From Myxococcota bacterium (GTDB lineage: Bacteria; Myxococcota_A; Polyangia; Polyangiales; Houyiibacteriaceae), in assembly GCA_039177115.1 (NCBI GenBank), contig JBCDFZ010000015.1, forward strand, positions 10,193 to 74,192: 64,000 bases of DNA, written 5' to 3'. The translations under genes were made by a program, and so were the position numbers. Shown piece after piece: positions 20,224-31,368 of this stretch; within the stretch, counting starts at the first letter, position 1; each line of letters begins with the position of its first letter. A model generated the notes under the pieces. The model made no database searches and was not told where the DNA came from. It saw only the letters and a program-made list of their open reading frames with translations.

Positions 20224-23200
20224 CTCGCCGAAAGCCATACAAGACGAATGCAGGGAAGGGGCCGTCGATCTGGCGGAGCCTCGAGGAAAAAGACCTCTCC
20301 CAAGAAGAGCGCAACCGGCGTGCGGAAGAAGAGCAGCCAGGGGGCTTCATCAAGGACCTCGTGCCGTCCTCGATGCTCGTCAGCCGACGAGCGATCATGA
20401 AGGGATCCTCGATCGCGGCGCTCGCTGCAGGGCTTCAGGGCTGCCTGCGCCGGCCCGAGAGCATCATCTACCCCTATAGTAAGGCGCCCGAGAATCTCAT
20501 TCCCGGAATCCCGTCACACTTCGCATCCGTGACCGCTCGTGGACGGGACGCGCTGGGCGTCGTCGTCACGAGCCACGATGGACGACCCACGAAGATCGAA
20601 GGGAACGCGATGTTTCCCTCGAGCCTCGGGGCCACCGATGTTCGGGGTCAGCTCTACGTCTGGGACCTATACGACCCCGACCGGTCGAAGTCGCCGGCGA
20701 AGCGCGAAGGCAACGCTCTCGTGGACGCGAGCTCAGAAGACTTCGACACGTTCTTCTCCGGGTTGGCCGACAAGCACGCGGCGGACCAGGGTGCGGGGCT
20801 TCGCATCGTGGCGCCGATCACCAACAGCCCCTCGTTCCGCGCACTCAAGGGCAAGGTGGTCGCCAAGTTCCCGAAGGCCAAGTTCACGACCTACAGCCCG
20901 GTCAACGACGACAACGCGCGGGAAGGGGCACGCCTCGCATTCGGCGGCACCGCAACCCCCGCGGTGTACGACTACTCTCGCGCGAAGGTCACCCTCTCGC
21001 TCGGGTCGGACTTCCTGGCGAGTGAGCCAGGCTCCGTTGCGGCGGCGCGCGGCTTCTCGACGACGCGCGCAATCACGTCGCCGGATCAGGCCATGAGTCG
21101 GCTCTACGTGGTTGAATCGAACTTCAGCCAAACCGGAAGCATGGCTGACCATCGGCTCCGTTCGTCGCAGGCCGACATCGAACAGTACGCCAAGGCGCTT
21201 GCGGCAGGATTGTCCGCCCGCGGTGTCGCTGGCTTGGCTCCGCTGGCTGCGAAGTTCAAGACGGAGCTCACCGCCGATGCGACCAAGGGGCTGAATCTCA
21301 AGTGGCTCGACGCGGTGATGGACGACCTCAACGCCAATGCGGGCCGATGCGTCGTCGTGGCAGGTTCAGGGCAGCCTCCCCGCGTTCATGCGCTCGTTCA
21401 TGCGATCAACGGCGCCCTCGGCAACTTTGGGAACACCACGTTCTTCGGGCCGGAAGTGGATGCCGACGAACCGACGGCGCGCGAGAGCATCGAGGCGCTT
21501 GCCAGCGAGTCGGGCGCGGTCACGACGCTCGTCATCATTGGCGGCAACCCCGTGTACGACGCTCCGGCCAACGTCGATTTCGCGGGTCTGCTTGCACGAG
21601 AGGGGCTGACCTCGGTGCACCTCTCGGACCATCGAAACGAGACGACGCTTGCGTCGAACTGGCACGCGCCGCTCGCGCACGAACTCGAGACGTGGGGCGA
21701 CCAGCAGGCCATGGACGGATCGATTGCCGTGCAGCAGCCCCTCATTGCGCCGCTCTACGGCGGACGGAGCGCCATCGAGTTCATGGCGACGCTCGCGGGG
21801 GAGGAAACGACGACGGGCTACGAAATCGTTGCCGCCCAGCACAGCGACGATGTGAAGCTCAACGCGCAACGACTCCTCGACGGCGGGGCGAACGCGAAGG
21901 AGGTCAACGAGGCGAGCATTTGGCGTCGCGGCCTTCACTCCGGAATCATCGCGTTCCCGAAGGGCACCATGCCGACGGTGTCGGTTGCTGCACTACTCAC
22001 CGCCTTCGAAGAGACTGAGCCGCGCACCCCGGCGAGTACCGCGAACTTGGAGGTCACATTCGAGCCCGACAACGCGCTCTTCGATGGTCGCCACGCGAAC
22101 AACCTTTGGGGGCTGGAGCTGCCTACGCCCATGACCAAGATCGTTTGGGACAACGCCGCGATCATGTCCCCCGCGACGCGCGACGCGCTGGGTCTCACAA
22201 ACGGTCAGATGCTCCGGTTGACGAAGGGTGAGCGTAGTGTCGACGTGCCCGTCTGGCCGCTGCCAGGTCACGCCGACAACTGCATCACGCTCACGCTCGG
22301 GTGGGGCCGAACAGCCGCCGGCCGCTACGGCAACGGCAAGGGCTTCGACGTTTACCCGCTTCGGACGACCGACGAGATGGACTTCGTCTCCGGCGTCACC
22401 GCGCAGGCGCTTCCCGAGACGTACAACGTCGTGCAGACGCAGACCCACGACAGCATGGAAGGGCGCCCGCTCGCGATCGACGCCACGCTCGCCGAGTACA
22501 AAAAGGAACCCGAGTTCGCTTCATATCGATCGGTCGAGCCCGTGAATACGCCGCCCCTGTGGAAGCAGCAGGACTACAGCGAGGGCTACCAGTGGGGCAT
22601 GACCATCGATCTGGCCTCGTGTTCCGGCTGCAATGCATGCGTAGCGGCCTGCCAGGCGGAGAACAACATTCCATCGGTAGGCAAGATCGAAGTCGAACGC
22701 GGCCGAGAGATGCACTGGCTTCGCCTCGACCGGTACTTCGTAGGCGACGATCAGGAAAGTCCCCAGGTGGCCGTGCAGCCGGTCGGATGCCAGCAGTGCG
22801 AAGAAGCGCCGTGCGAGAACGTGTGCCCCGTCAACGCGACGGTTCACAGCTCCGAGGGCCTCAACGACATGGTTTACAACCGCTGCGTCGGGACTCGCTA
22901 CTGCGCGAACAACTGTCCGTATAAGGTTCGGCGTTTCAACTACCTCGACTGGCAGGGCCACCTCGACGACAAGTACGCGTTCTACGGCGACTTCCCCGAG
23001 TCGAGGAAACTGCAGTTCAATCCGAACGTGACGGTGCGAATGCGAGGCGTCATGGAGAAGTGCACCTGGTGCGTCCAACGCATTCAGGAGGCGAAGATCG
23101 CCGCCGAGCGCGAGTACCGCAAAGTGCGCGACGGGGAAATCAAGACCGCCTGCAGTCAGGCGTGCCCGAGCCAGTCGATTACGTTTGGGAACCTCAACGA

Positions 23201-23339
23201 CCCGAACTCGAAGGTCAATAAGATGAAGGCGGTGAACCGCCAGTACCAGCTGTTGGCCGAGCTCGGAACCCGGCCTCGAACCACTTACCTGGCTCGGATT
23301 CGCAACCCGAACCCCGCGCTCGAAGGAAAGGGTAGCTGA
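20220..23339 (+). CDS. actB: alternative complex III subunit ActB (molybdopterin-oxidoreductase-like plus FeS domains)
   Basis: ATG 20220 forms an ATGA overlap with the actA stop. It has a twin-arginine signal (SRRAIMKGSSIAALAAG) and C-terminal cluster motifs CSGCNACVAAC, CQQCEEAPCENVCP and CVGTRYCANNCP. Confidence 0.9.
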   Translation: MTRRKPYKTNAGKGPSIWRSLEEKDLSQEERNRRAEEEQPGGFIKDLVPSSMLVSRRAIMKGSSIAALAAGLQGCLRRPESIIYPYSKAPENLIPGIPSHFASVTARGRDALGVVVTSHDGRPTKIEGNAMFPSSLGATDVRGQLYVWDLYDPDRSKSPAKREGNALVDASSEDFDTFFSGLADKHAADQGAGLRIVAPITNSPSFRALKGKVVAKFPKAKFTTYSPVNDDNAREGARLAFGGTATPAVYDYSRAKVTLSLGSDFLASEPGSVAAARGFSTTRAITSPDQAMSRLYVVESNFSQTGSMADHRLRSSQADIEQYAKALAAGLSARGVAGLAPLAAKFKTELTADATKGLNLKWLDAVMDDLNANAGRCVVVAGSGQPPRVHALVHAINGALGNFGNTTFFGPEVDADEPTARESIEALASESGAVTTLVIIGGNPVYDAPANVDFAGLLAREGLTSVHLSDHRNETTLASNWHAPLAHELETWGDQQAMDGSIAVQQPLIAPLYGGRSAIEFMATLAGEETTTGYEIVAAQHSDDVKLNAQRLLDGGANAKEVNEASIWRRGLHSGIIAFPKGTMPTVSVAALLTAFEETEPRTPASTANLEVTFEPDNALFDGRHANNLWGLELPTPMTKIVWDNAAIMSPATRDALGLTNGQMLRLTKGERSVDVPVWPLPGHADNCITLTLGWGRTAAGRYGNGKGFDVYPLRTTDEMDFVSGVTAQALPETYNVVQTQTHDSMEGRPLAIDATLAEYKKEPEFASYRSVEPVNTPPLWKQQDYSEGYQWGMTIDLASCSGCNACVAACQAENNIPSVGKIEVERGREMHWLRLDRYFVGDDQESPQVAVQPVGCQQCEEAPCENVCPVNATVHSSEGLNDMVYNRCVGTRYCANNCPYKVRRFNYLDWQGHLDDKYAFYGDFPESRKLQFNPNVTVRMRGVMEKCTWCVQRIQEAKIAAEREYRKVRDGEIKTACSQACPSQSITFGNLNDPNSKVNKMKAVNRQYQLLAELGTRPRTTYLARIRNPNPALEGKGS

Positions 23340-23344
23340 CCGCC

Positions 23345-24805
<1,461 letters not shown>

Positions 24806-24813
24806 GGCGCAAC

Positions 24814-25401
24814 ATGTCTGACGAAGCACAAGCGACGACCACGCGACCGGCCCTTTTCCTGGCCGAATACGACACGCCCAACGCCGTGGCCCTTGCCGCG
24901 ATGAAGGTGCGTGATGCCGGCTACGAGCGGTGGGACTGCCACACCCCGTACCCGCTTCACGGGCTCGACGAAGCGATGGGCCTCAAGCCCACCAAGATCG
25001 GCATCATCTCGTTCGTTTTCGGGATGCTCGGGGTCGGAACCGCCGTCTTGATGATCCAGTACATGAACAACTGGCAGATCAACTTCCTCGACATCGGCTG
25101 GGGCTACCCGATCGTGGTCGGCGGCAAGCCGCCAGGAGCGTTTCCTTCGATGGTGCCCATCATGTTTGAGCTCGGCATCCTGTTCACCGGTTTCGCCACG
25201 CTCTTCGGGTTGCTCGGCATCATCAAACTCCCCCGCCACAACCACCCGATTTTCGAGTCTGACCGGTTTGAGGCTGCGACGGACGACAAGTTCTTCATCT
25301 CGATTGAGGCCGGTGACAAGATGTTCGACCTCGAGCGGACCAAGGCGCTGCTCGACTCCACCGAGGCGACCTATGTCGAGCTGGTCCAGGAGGGCGCATG
25401 A
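24814..25401 (+). CDS. actD: alternative complex III subunit ActD
   Basis: Start ATG 24814; the track ORF starts at 24802. LAEYDTPNAVALAAMKVRDAGYERWDCHTPYPLHGLDEAMG followed by two TM helices is the ActD/DUF3341 pattern. Confidence 0.8.
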   Translation: MSDEAQATTTRPALFLAEYDTPNAVALAAMKVRDAGYERWDCHTPYPLHGLDEAMGLKPTKIGIISFVFGMLGVGTAVLMIQYMNNWQINFLDIGWGYPIVVGGKPPGAFPSMVPIMFELGILFTGFATLFGLLGIIKLPRHNHPIFESDRFEAATDDKFFISIEAGDKMFDLERTKALLDSTEATYVELVQEGA

Positions 25402-26024
25402 GCAAGTTCCTCCTCAGCCTGGTCGCCCTTGGGACGCTGCTCAGCGTGGGCTGCGTCGGATGGGAAACGGACAAGCCGCCCATCGTCGGTATCCGCAACA
25501 TGTACAATCAGCCGCGCTACGACACGCAGGAAGAGAAGCCGTTCTTCGAGGATAAGCGCTCGATGCGCCCCGAGATCGCCGGCACCGTATCCCGTGAGAT
25601 GCCGGCGTCGTTGTCCATTGCGACGGGACGCACGGCCGACGACGAATACGTGCTCGAGGTTCCTCGCTCAGTCGTGACGGCGGCCGGTGGCTACGAGCAG
25701 ATGCTCACCCGAGGCCGCAATCGGTACAACGTCTACTGCACGCCATGCCATTCCTATGCCGGAAACGGGAAGGGGATGGTCTCACGGCGTGCCGACCAGC
25801 TGGGCGCGACGGGCTTGGTGGCCCCGACGTTCCACGACGACCGCCTTCGACACGTCCCGGACGGTCAGATCTTCGCGACGATCACCAACGGGATCCGCAA
25901 CATGCCGAGCTACGCGAGCAACATCCCGGTCCAGGACCGCTGGGCAATCGTGACGTACGTCCGGGCACTTCAACTCAGCCAGGCGCCGCAGGCCGCGGTG
26001 ACCGACACGGAGCAGGCGCAGTGA
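25398..26024 (+). CDS. actE: alternative complex III subunit ActE (monoheme cytochrome c lipoprotein)
   Basis: ATGA overlap with actD. It has a lipobox (LLSVGC) and a single CTPCH heme motif. Confidence 0.8.
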   Translation: MSKFLLSLVALGTLLSVGCVGWETDKPPIVGIRNMYNQPRYDTQEEKPFFEDKRSMRPEIAGTVSREMPASLSIATGRTADDEYVLEVPRSVVTAAGGYEQMLTRGRNRYNVYCTPCHSYAGNGKGMVSRRADQLGATGLVAPTFHDDRLRHVPDGQIFATITNGIRNMPSYASNIPVQDRWAIVTYVRALQLSQAPQAAVTDTEQAQ

Positions 26025-27403
26025 GCGAAGCCGAAGACAACAACGTGACGTACCGCGCCGATGGCGATAGCTTCTGGTCGCGCGCCTGGGTCGTGCCCCT
26101 CGTGCTTGCGGTGGTCGGCGGACTGCTCGCCGTATTCACGGCGGCGCCAGAACGCCTAAGCTATGCCTACCTCTTCGGGCTGTTCTTCGTGGTGACGTTG
26201 ATGCTCGGAGCCATGTTCCTCGTGCTGATCCAGTTCTTGACCGCGTCACATTGGGGCGTGTCGTCTCGGCGCATCCCCGAAGTGATCATGTCGAGCGTAC
26301 CCATCGTGTTCCTGCTCGCGGTCCCGTTCATCTTCGGCGTGGCAGCGCACGAGGTGCCCATCTACAAAGAATGGCAGGACGCGGGCGGTCATGGCGCAGA
26401 CCACGGCGACGATCACGCCGACGATGGCGAAGAACATGGACTCTTGCTCGGAACGTCTGTCGCCCATGCCCAGGACGACGGTCACGGCCACGACTCCGGA
26501 GGCCACGGCGAAGCCGATACGCACGGCGATGGCGAAGCGCATGCGCACACGCCCCAGGAGTCCGCCCTTCATCATGAAATCGTTGCGCAGAAGACGGGCT
26601 ACCTGAACACCCGCGGATGGACCACGCGCGCTGTGGCCTACTTTGTCATCTGGGCGCTGATCGCGCTCGCCTACTTTCGATGGTCGCGACGTCAGGACGA
26701 GGACCACGACCTGAAGCACACGCTCAGGATGCAAAGCCTCGCGGCGCCGGCACTGATCCTGTTTGGGAGCGCGCTCACCTTTGCTGCGTTCGACTGGCTC
26801 ATGTCGCTCGAGGCAGCCTGGTTTTCCACGATCTTTGGGGTTGTGATATTCGCCGGATCGACCGTCTCGATCTTGGCGCTCACGATTCTAATCGGTTTGA
26901 GTTTCTATAAGCGCGGCCTCGTGGGCGAGACCCTCAACCCTGTGCATTTCCACGACCTCGCGAAACTGCTTTTTGGTTTCGTCTGCTTCTGGACCTACGT
27001 CTCCTTTAGCCAATGGATGCTGATCTGGTACGCAGGAATCCCCGAGGAAGCGACCTGGTTCCACAAGCGTTGGGAGGGCGGCTGGATGTCGATCTCTTAC
27101 CTGCTGATCTTCGGAAACTTCGTCGCCCCGTTCCTGCTCCTCATCTCGCGAGTTCAGAAGAAGAACCTTCGCTGGCTGCAGGCGATGTGCTTCTGGGTGC
27201 TGTTCATGCACGCGGTCGACCTCTACTGGTACATCCTGCCGCAGGCCGGGCGGTTCAGTGTTCAACCCGCGGACGTGGGCGCGCTCATGTTCGTAGGTGG
27301 CATCTTTTTCGCCTACGTTTTCTTTCGTCTTGGTCGGGTGCCGCTGGTCCCGATCGGCGATCCGCGGCTCCCGCGCAGCCGTCACCACCACCAGACCCAC
27401 TGA
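26021..27403 (+). CDS. actF: alternative complex III subunit ActF (second NrfD-like membrane subunit) with a His-rich loop
   Basis: GTG 26021 forms a GTGA overlap with the actE stop, inside track ORF 25745..27403. The protein is polytopic and sits in the position expected for ActF. Confidence 0.8.
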   Translation: MSEAEDNNVTYRADGDSFWSRAWVVPLVLAVVGGLLAVFTAAPERLSYAYLFGLFFVVTLMLGAMFLVLIQFLTASHWGVSSRRIPEVIMSSVPIVFLLAVPFIFGVAAHEVPIYKEWQDAGGHGADHGDDHADDGEEHGLLLGTSVAHAQDDGHGHDSGGHGEADTHGDGEAHAHTPQESALHHEIVAQKTGYLNTRGWTTRAVAYFVIWALIALAYFRWSRRQDEDHDLKHTLRMQSLAAPALILFGSALTFAAFDWLMSLEAAWFSTIFGVVIFAGSTVSILALTILIGLSFYKRGLVGETLNPVHFHDLAKLLFGFVCFWTYVSFSQWMLIWYAGIPEEATWFHKRWEGGWMSISYLLIFGNFVAPFLLLISRVQKKNLRWLQAMCFWVLFMHAVDLYWYILPQAGRFSVQPADVGALMFVGGIFFAYVFFRLGRVPLVPIGDPRLPRSRHHHQTH

Positions 27404-27412
27404 GCACCTAGG

Positions 27413-28045
27413 ATGATGACCCAGAAGAAGTTCTTGACCCCGTTTACCGCGCTTGTCGCATGTGCGATCGGCTGCGGTGGGTCGGATAAGGCGGAGCGCG
27501 AGGCGGCCGCGGCCGCGGACGAGTACGCGCTCGTGACGCAGGCGCAGGAAGAGACGCTCGAGCGGGGAGCGATGCCGATCGACGAGGCGATGGCCAAGCT
27601 CGCGAACACGCCCCGCGGTGAGCTCGAAGCAATCGCCGCGGCCCCGTCCGCGGACCTGTCGGCGATCAACGGTTGGGCTTTCGCAGGTTCGACCGACGGC
27701 GCTGCCGTCGCGGTCTTTATGCCGCCCGAGTGCGCGGGCGCGCCCGACCCGCACGCCTGCTGGGGCGAAAAACTGTACGGCGCGAAGGGATGCGTTGCGT
27801 GTCACGCCATCGACGGCGAGCGACAGCAGCCGTGCCCGAACTGGGCGGGGCTTTATGGGAAGGAGCGCCCGTTGACGACTGGGGAGACCGTCATCGCAGA
27901 TGATGCGTACATCGCCAATTCCATCGTCAACTCTTGGGACCAGATCGTCGAGGGCTACGGGAAGGTGATGCCGCCCTACGACATGCCCGACGAAGAAGTT
28001 CAGGCGCTCGTTGCCTACGTGAAGTCGCTTGGGAGCGGATCGTGA
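27413..28045 (+). CDS. monoheme c-type cytochrome lipoprotein
   Basis: It has a lipobox (LVACAIGC) and one CVACH motif in a class-I cytochrome c-like C-terminal domain (...VMPPYDMPDEEVQALVAYVKSL). Confidence 0.7.
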   Translation: MMTQKKFLTPFTALVACAIGCGGSDKAEREAAAAADEYALVTQAQEETLERGAMPIDEAMAKLANTPRGELEAIAAAPSADLSAINGWAFAGSTDGAAVAVFMPPECAGAPDPHACWGEKLYGAKGCVACHAIDGERQQPCPNWAGLYGKERPLTTGETVIADDAYIANSIVNSWDQIVEGYGKVMPPYDMPDEEVQALVAYVKSLGSGS

Positions 28046-28710
28046 TGAAACTCGGAAGCGTTGTCCTGGTCAGCGTGCTTTCATTTGGGCTGCTTGCGTG
28101 CGAGGCGCGCAAGGACAAGGAGTCCCTCGCCTACCAGGCCGAACTGTACGATGGCTGCGCGCAGTGTCATGGCGTCGCGGGGCAGGGCAATGAAGCAATC
28201 GGTGCGCCCGCCATCGCCGGTCTCGAGCGCTGGTACGTGAAAGCGCAGCTCCGTAAGTTCAAGCGGGGTCACCGAGGCTGGCACCCTGAAGATGCCGGCG
28301 GAAAACGCATGTGGCCCATGGCACGCGCCATGGACACAGACGAAAAGGTGGACCTCATTTCCCAGTACGTAGCCAGCATGCCTGCCGGGACGCCGGAACC
28401 GACACTCGAGGGCGGCAACCCGGCAACCGGAAAGATCTACTTCGCGACCTGCGTGCAATGTCACGGCGCAAATGCCGGCGGCAACATCGACGAGTACGGG
28501 CCCCCGCTGAACAACGCGAGTGACTGGTACCTGCTCACGCAGCTGCAGAATTTCAAGGCCGGACGCCGCGGCACCCATCCTGGGGACGTGACCGGTGCTA
28601 AGATGCGACCGTTCTCCATGACTCTGCCCAACGAACAGGCCATGAAGGACGTGATCGCGTACATTGGCACTCTTCGGGACCAAAACGAGGAAGAGACGAA
28701 AGTAAACTAG
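28045..28710 (+). CDS. diheme c-type cytochrome (c4-like) lipoprotein
   Basis: ATG 28045 overlaps the upstream TGA by 1 nt. It has a lipobox (GLLAC) and two heme motifs, CAQCH and CVQCH. Confidence 0.75.
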   Translation: MKLGSVVLVSVLSFGLLACEARKDKESLAYQAELYDGCAQCHGVAGQGNEAIGAPAIAGLERWYVKAQLRKFKRGHRGWHPEDAGGKRMWPMARAMDTDEKVDLISQYVASMPAGTPEPTLEGGNPATGKIYFATCVQCHGANAGGNIDEYGPPLNNASDWYLLTQLQNFKAGRRGTHPGDVTGAKMRPFSMTLPNEQAMKDVIAYIGTLRDQNEEETKVN

Positions 28711-28824
28711 ATGGCTGGCAACAATCGCAAACCAGACGAAGAGGCTCGCTTTTGGTTCACCTGGACCATGGGCGGGGCAGTGGTCTTCGTGGCTGTGATA
28801 TTCATGTTCATTCTGCGCGCGTAA
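28711..28824 (+). CDS. 37-aa single-TM micro-protein (not in the ORF track)
   Basis: The ATG immediately follows the cytochrome c stop. MAGNNRKPDEEARFWFTWTMGGAVVFVAVIFMFILRA* has a charged head and one hydrophobic helix. It ends 10 nt before coxB. Confidence 0.4.
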   Translation: MAGNNRKPDEEARFWFTWTMGGAVVFVAVIFMFILRA

Positions 28825-28834
28825 GGACCTCTGA

Positions 28835-29581
28835 ATGCTCCAAGGAATCTACGACTTCATCAAAGGCATCTTCGAGCCGCTCGGTGACTACCTGATCGGC
28901 TCGCTCGTTCCCGTCGGCTCTTCGTTCGCCGGTGACATCGACTCGCTCATTGCGCTGGTCGCCGTGTTCGTCGGCTTCTGGGGCCTCCTGGCGTACATCA
29001 TGTTCTTCTTCCTCATTTTCCGATACCGACGAAAGGAAGGCGTTCGCGCCCAGTACGTCACGGGCGAAGAGAAGAACCTCAAGCGATGGATCTCGTGGCC
29101 TCACGCCGCCATCATCGCGTGTGACCTGGTCATCGTCTTCATGGCGGTGATGGTCTGGTACAACGTCAAACAGCGTCTTCCTGAGCCCGACGCCACCGTA
29201 CGAATCGTCGCACAGCAGTGGGCGTGGAACTTCGTACATCCCGGCCCGGATGGGGTGCTCGACACCGACGACGACATCGACAGCTTCAACGAGCTTCACG
29301 TGCAGGATGGGCTTACCTATCAGTACGAGCTCGTGTCGAAAGATGTCATTCACGACTTCTCCGTACCCGTTTGGCGCCTCAAGCAGGATGCGATTCCTGG
29401 CCGCATCATGAAGGGTTGGTTCCAGCCGACGAAGACCGGTAGCTTCGACATTCAGTGCGCCGAGATGTGTGGCATCGGACACGGGATCATGGGGGCAAGG
29501 GTCGTCATCGAAACACCAGAGGAACATGCCGCTTGGATGTCGAACGGCGGCAGCAAGCTTGCGTCAGTGGTGGAGCGCTAA
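28835..29581 (+). CDS. coxB: cytochrome c oxidase subunit II (CuA; no fused cytochrome c domain)
   Basis: It has two N-terminal TM helices and the CuA motif HDFSVP...CAEMCGIGHGIM. Confidence 0.9.
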   Translation: MLQGIYDFIKGIFEPLGDYLIGSLVPVGSSFAGDIDSLIALVAVFVGFWGLLAYIMFFFLIFRYRRKEGVRAQYVTGEEKNLKRWISWPHAAIIACDLVIVFMAVMVWYNVKQRLPEPDATVRIVAQQWAWNFVHPGPDGVLDTDDDIDSFNELHVQDGLTYQYELVSKDVIHDFSVPVWRLKQDAIPGRIMKGWFQPTKTGSFDIQCAEMCGIGHGIMGARVVIETPEEHAAWMSNGGSKLASVVER

Positions 29582-29592
29582 AGGGTTGAACG

Positions 29593-31338
29593 ATGGCTGA
29601 AGCAGGCACAGCGACAATCGAGAGCCAGGACGCCCATGTGGTGAGCCACGGGCACGACGAGCACCATCACGAGCAGAGCTTCTGGAGCAAGTACATTTTC
29701 TCGGTCGACCACAAGGTCATCGCGATGCAGTACATGTTCACCGGCATCGTGATGGCGCTGATCGGCGGGTACATGTCCTACGTGTTCCGCATGCAGCTCG
29801 CCTACCCAGGAGAGAGTGTCCCAGGATACGGGGCGGTGTCCCAAGGCGAGTACAACGCCATGGTCACAAACCACGGCACCATCATGATTTTCTGGGTCGC
29901 CATGCCGATGCTGATTGCGGCCTTCGGCAACTACCTCATCCCGCTGATGATCGGCGCGGACGACATGGTCTTTCCGCGGATCAATCGGCTTTCTTACCAG
30001 ATCTTTCTGGTCAGCGCGGTCATTCTCTTGGTGTCGCTGTTCGTGCCGGGCGGCGGTTTTGGTGGCGCGTGGACCGCGTACCCGCCGCTCTCGGCAAACG
30101 CGGAGTACAACCTGACGCCGCTCGGAGCACAGCTTTGGATTGTGGCCGTGGCGCTCGAGTTCGTCGCGTTCCTCTTAGGCGGCATCAACTTCATCACGAC
30201 GCTCATGAACTCTCGCGCACCCGGGATGAAGATGTACGACATCCCGATGGTGCTCTGGATGATCGTCATTGCCAGCGTGCTCTTCATGGCCTCGGTCGGC
30301 CCGCTCATCGCCGGCGCTGTCATGCTGTTCATGGACCAGAGCATCGGAACCGGGTTCTTCGACCCGAATCGCGGCGGTGACCCAATCCTCTGGCAGCACC
30401 TCTTCTGGTTCTTCGGGCACCCCGAGGTGTACGTCGTGCTGTTGCCCGCCATGGGCATCGTGGCTGACGTGATGTGCACCTTCGCCCGCAAGAAGCTCTT
30501 CAACTACAAGCTGATCCTCTTCACCGTGTTCGCCACGGGCATCATCAGCTTCTTCGTGTGGGCGCACCATCAGTTCGTTGCCGGCATCGACCCGCGCATG
30601 GCCAACGTGTTCACCGTGACCACGCTCATCATCTCGATACCCATCGCCGAGATGCTGTTCCTGTACATCGCCACGTTGTACGGCGGGTCAATCCAGCTCA
30701 CCACGCCGATGCTCTGGGCACTCGCCTTCATCGCCGAGTTCTTGATCGGCGGCGTGACGGGCATCTTCCTCGGGGCGAGCGGTGCCGACATTTACTTCCA
30801 CGACACCTACTTCGTCCTCGCGCACTTCCACTATACGTTCTTCCCCATCGCCATCATCGGCTTCTTCTGCGGGCTCACGTATTGGTTCCCGAAGATGTTC
30901 GGGAAGATGATGAACGAAACGCTAGGGAAGATTCACTTCTGGGGCACGGTCATTCCGTTCAACTGCATCTTCATCCCGCTGTTCATTCTCGGTGCCGCGG
31001 GGCAGAACCGGCGTATCTACAACTTCCAGAATTACCCGGACCTCGCAGGGCTGCAGGACCTGCGTATCTTTGCGACGACGGCGCTCTTGGTCATGCTGGC
31101 CTTCCAGGCGGTCTTCCTGATCAACTTCGTGGTGAGCCTCATCAAGGGGAAGCCCGCCGGGAAGAACCCTTGGAAGAGCAACACCCTCGAATGGACGACG
31201 CAGTCGCCGCCTCCCCACGGCAACTGGCCGGAAGGTCTCCCCAACTGCTACCGCGGCCCGTACGAGTACAGCGTCCCGGGTCGAGAAGAAGACTACTGGC
31301 CGCAGAACGTGCCGCCAGACACGGCCCCCGCCGAGTGA
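29593..31338 (+). CDS. ctaD: cytochrome c oxidase subunit I
   Basis: 581-aa ORF. WFFGHPEVYVVLLPAMG, WAHHQF and HFHYTF are heme-copper oxidase signatures. Confidence 0.95.
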   Translation: MAEAGTATIESQDAHVVSHGHDEHHHEQSFWSKYIFSVDHKVIAMQYMFTGIVMALIGGYMSYVFRMQLAYPGESVPGYGAVSQGEYNAMVTNHGTIMIFWVAMPMLIAAFGNYLIPLMIGADDMVFPRINRLSYQIFLVSAVILLVSLFVPGGGFGGAWTAYPPLSANAEYNLTPLGAQLWIVAVALEFVAFLLGGINFITTLMNSRAPGMKMYDIPMVLWMIVIASVLFMASVGPLIAGAVMLFMDQSIGTGFFDPNRGGDPILWQHLFWFFGHPEVYVVLLPAMGIVADVMCTFARKKLFNYKLILFTVFATGIISFFVWAHHQFVAGIDPRMANVFTVTTLIISIPIAEMLFLYIATLYGGSIQLTTPMLWALAFIAEFLIGGVTGIFLGASGADIYFHDTYFVLAHFHYTFFPIAIIGFFCGLTYWFPKMFGKMMNETLGKIHFWGTVIPFNCIFIPLFILGAAGQNRRIYNFQNYPDLAGLQDLRIFATTALLVMLAFQAVFLINFVVSLIKGKPAGKNPWKSNTLEWTTQSPPPHGNWPEGLPNCYRGPYEYSVPGREEDYWPQNVPPDTAPAE

Positions 31339-31368
31339 CGACCTTAACGAAGTAACGACGAGGAATCG

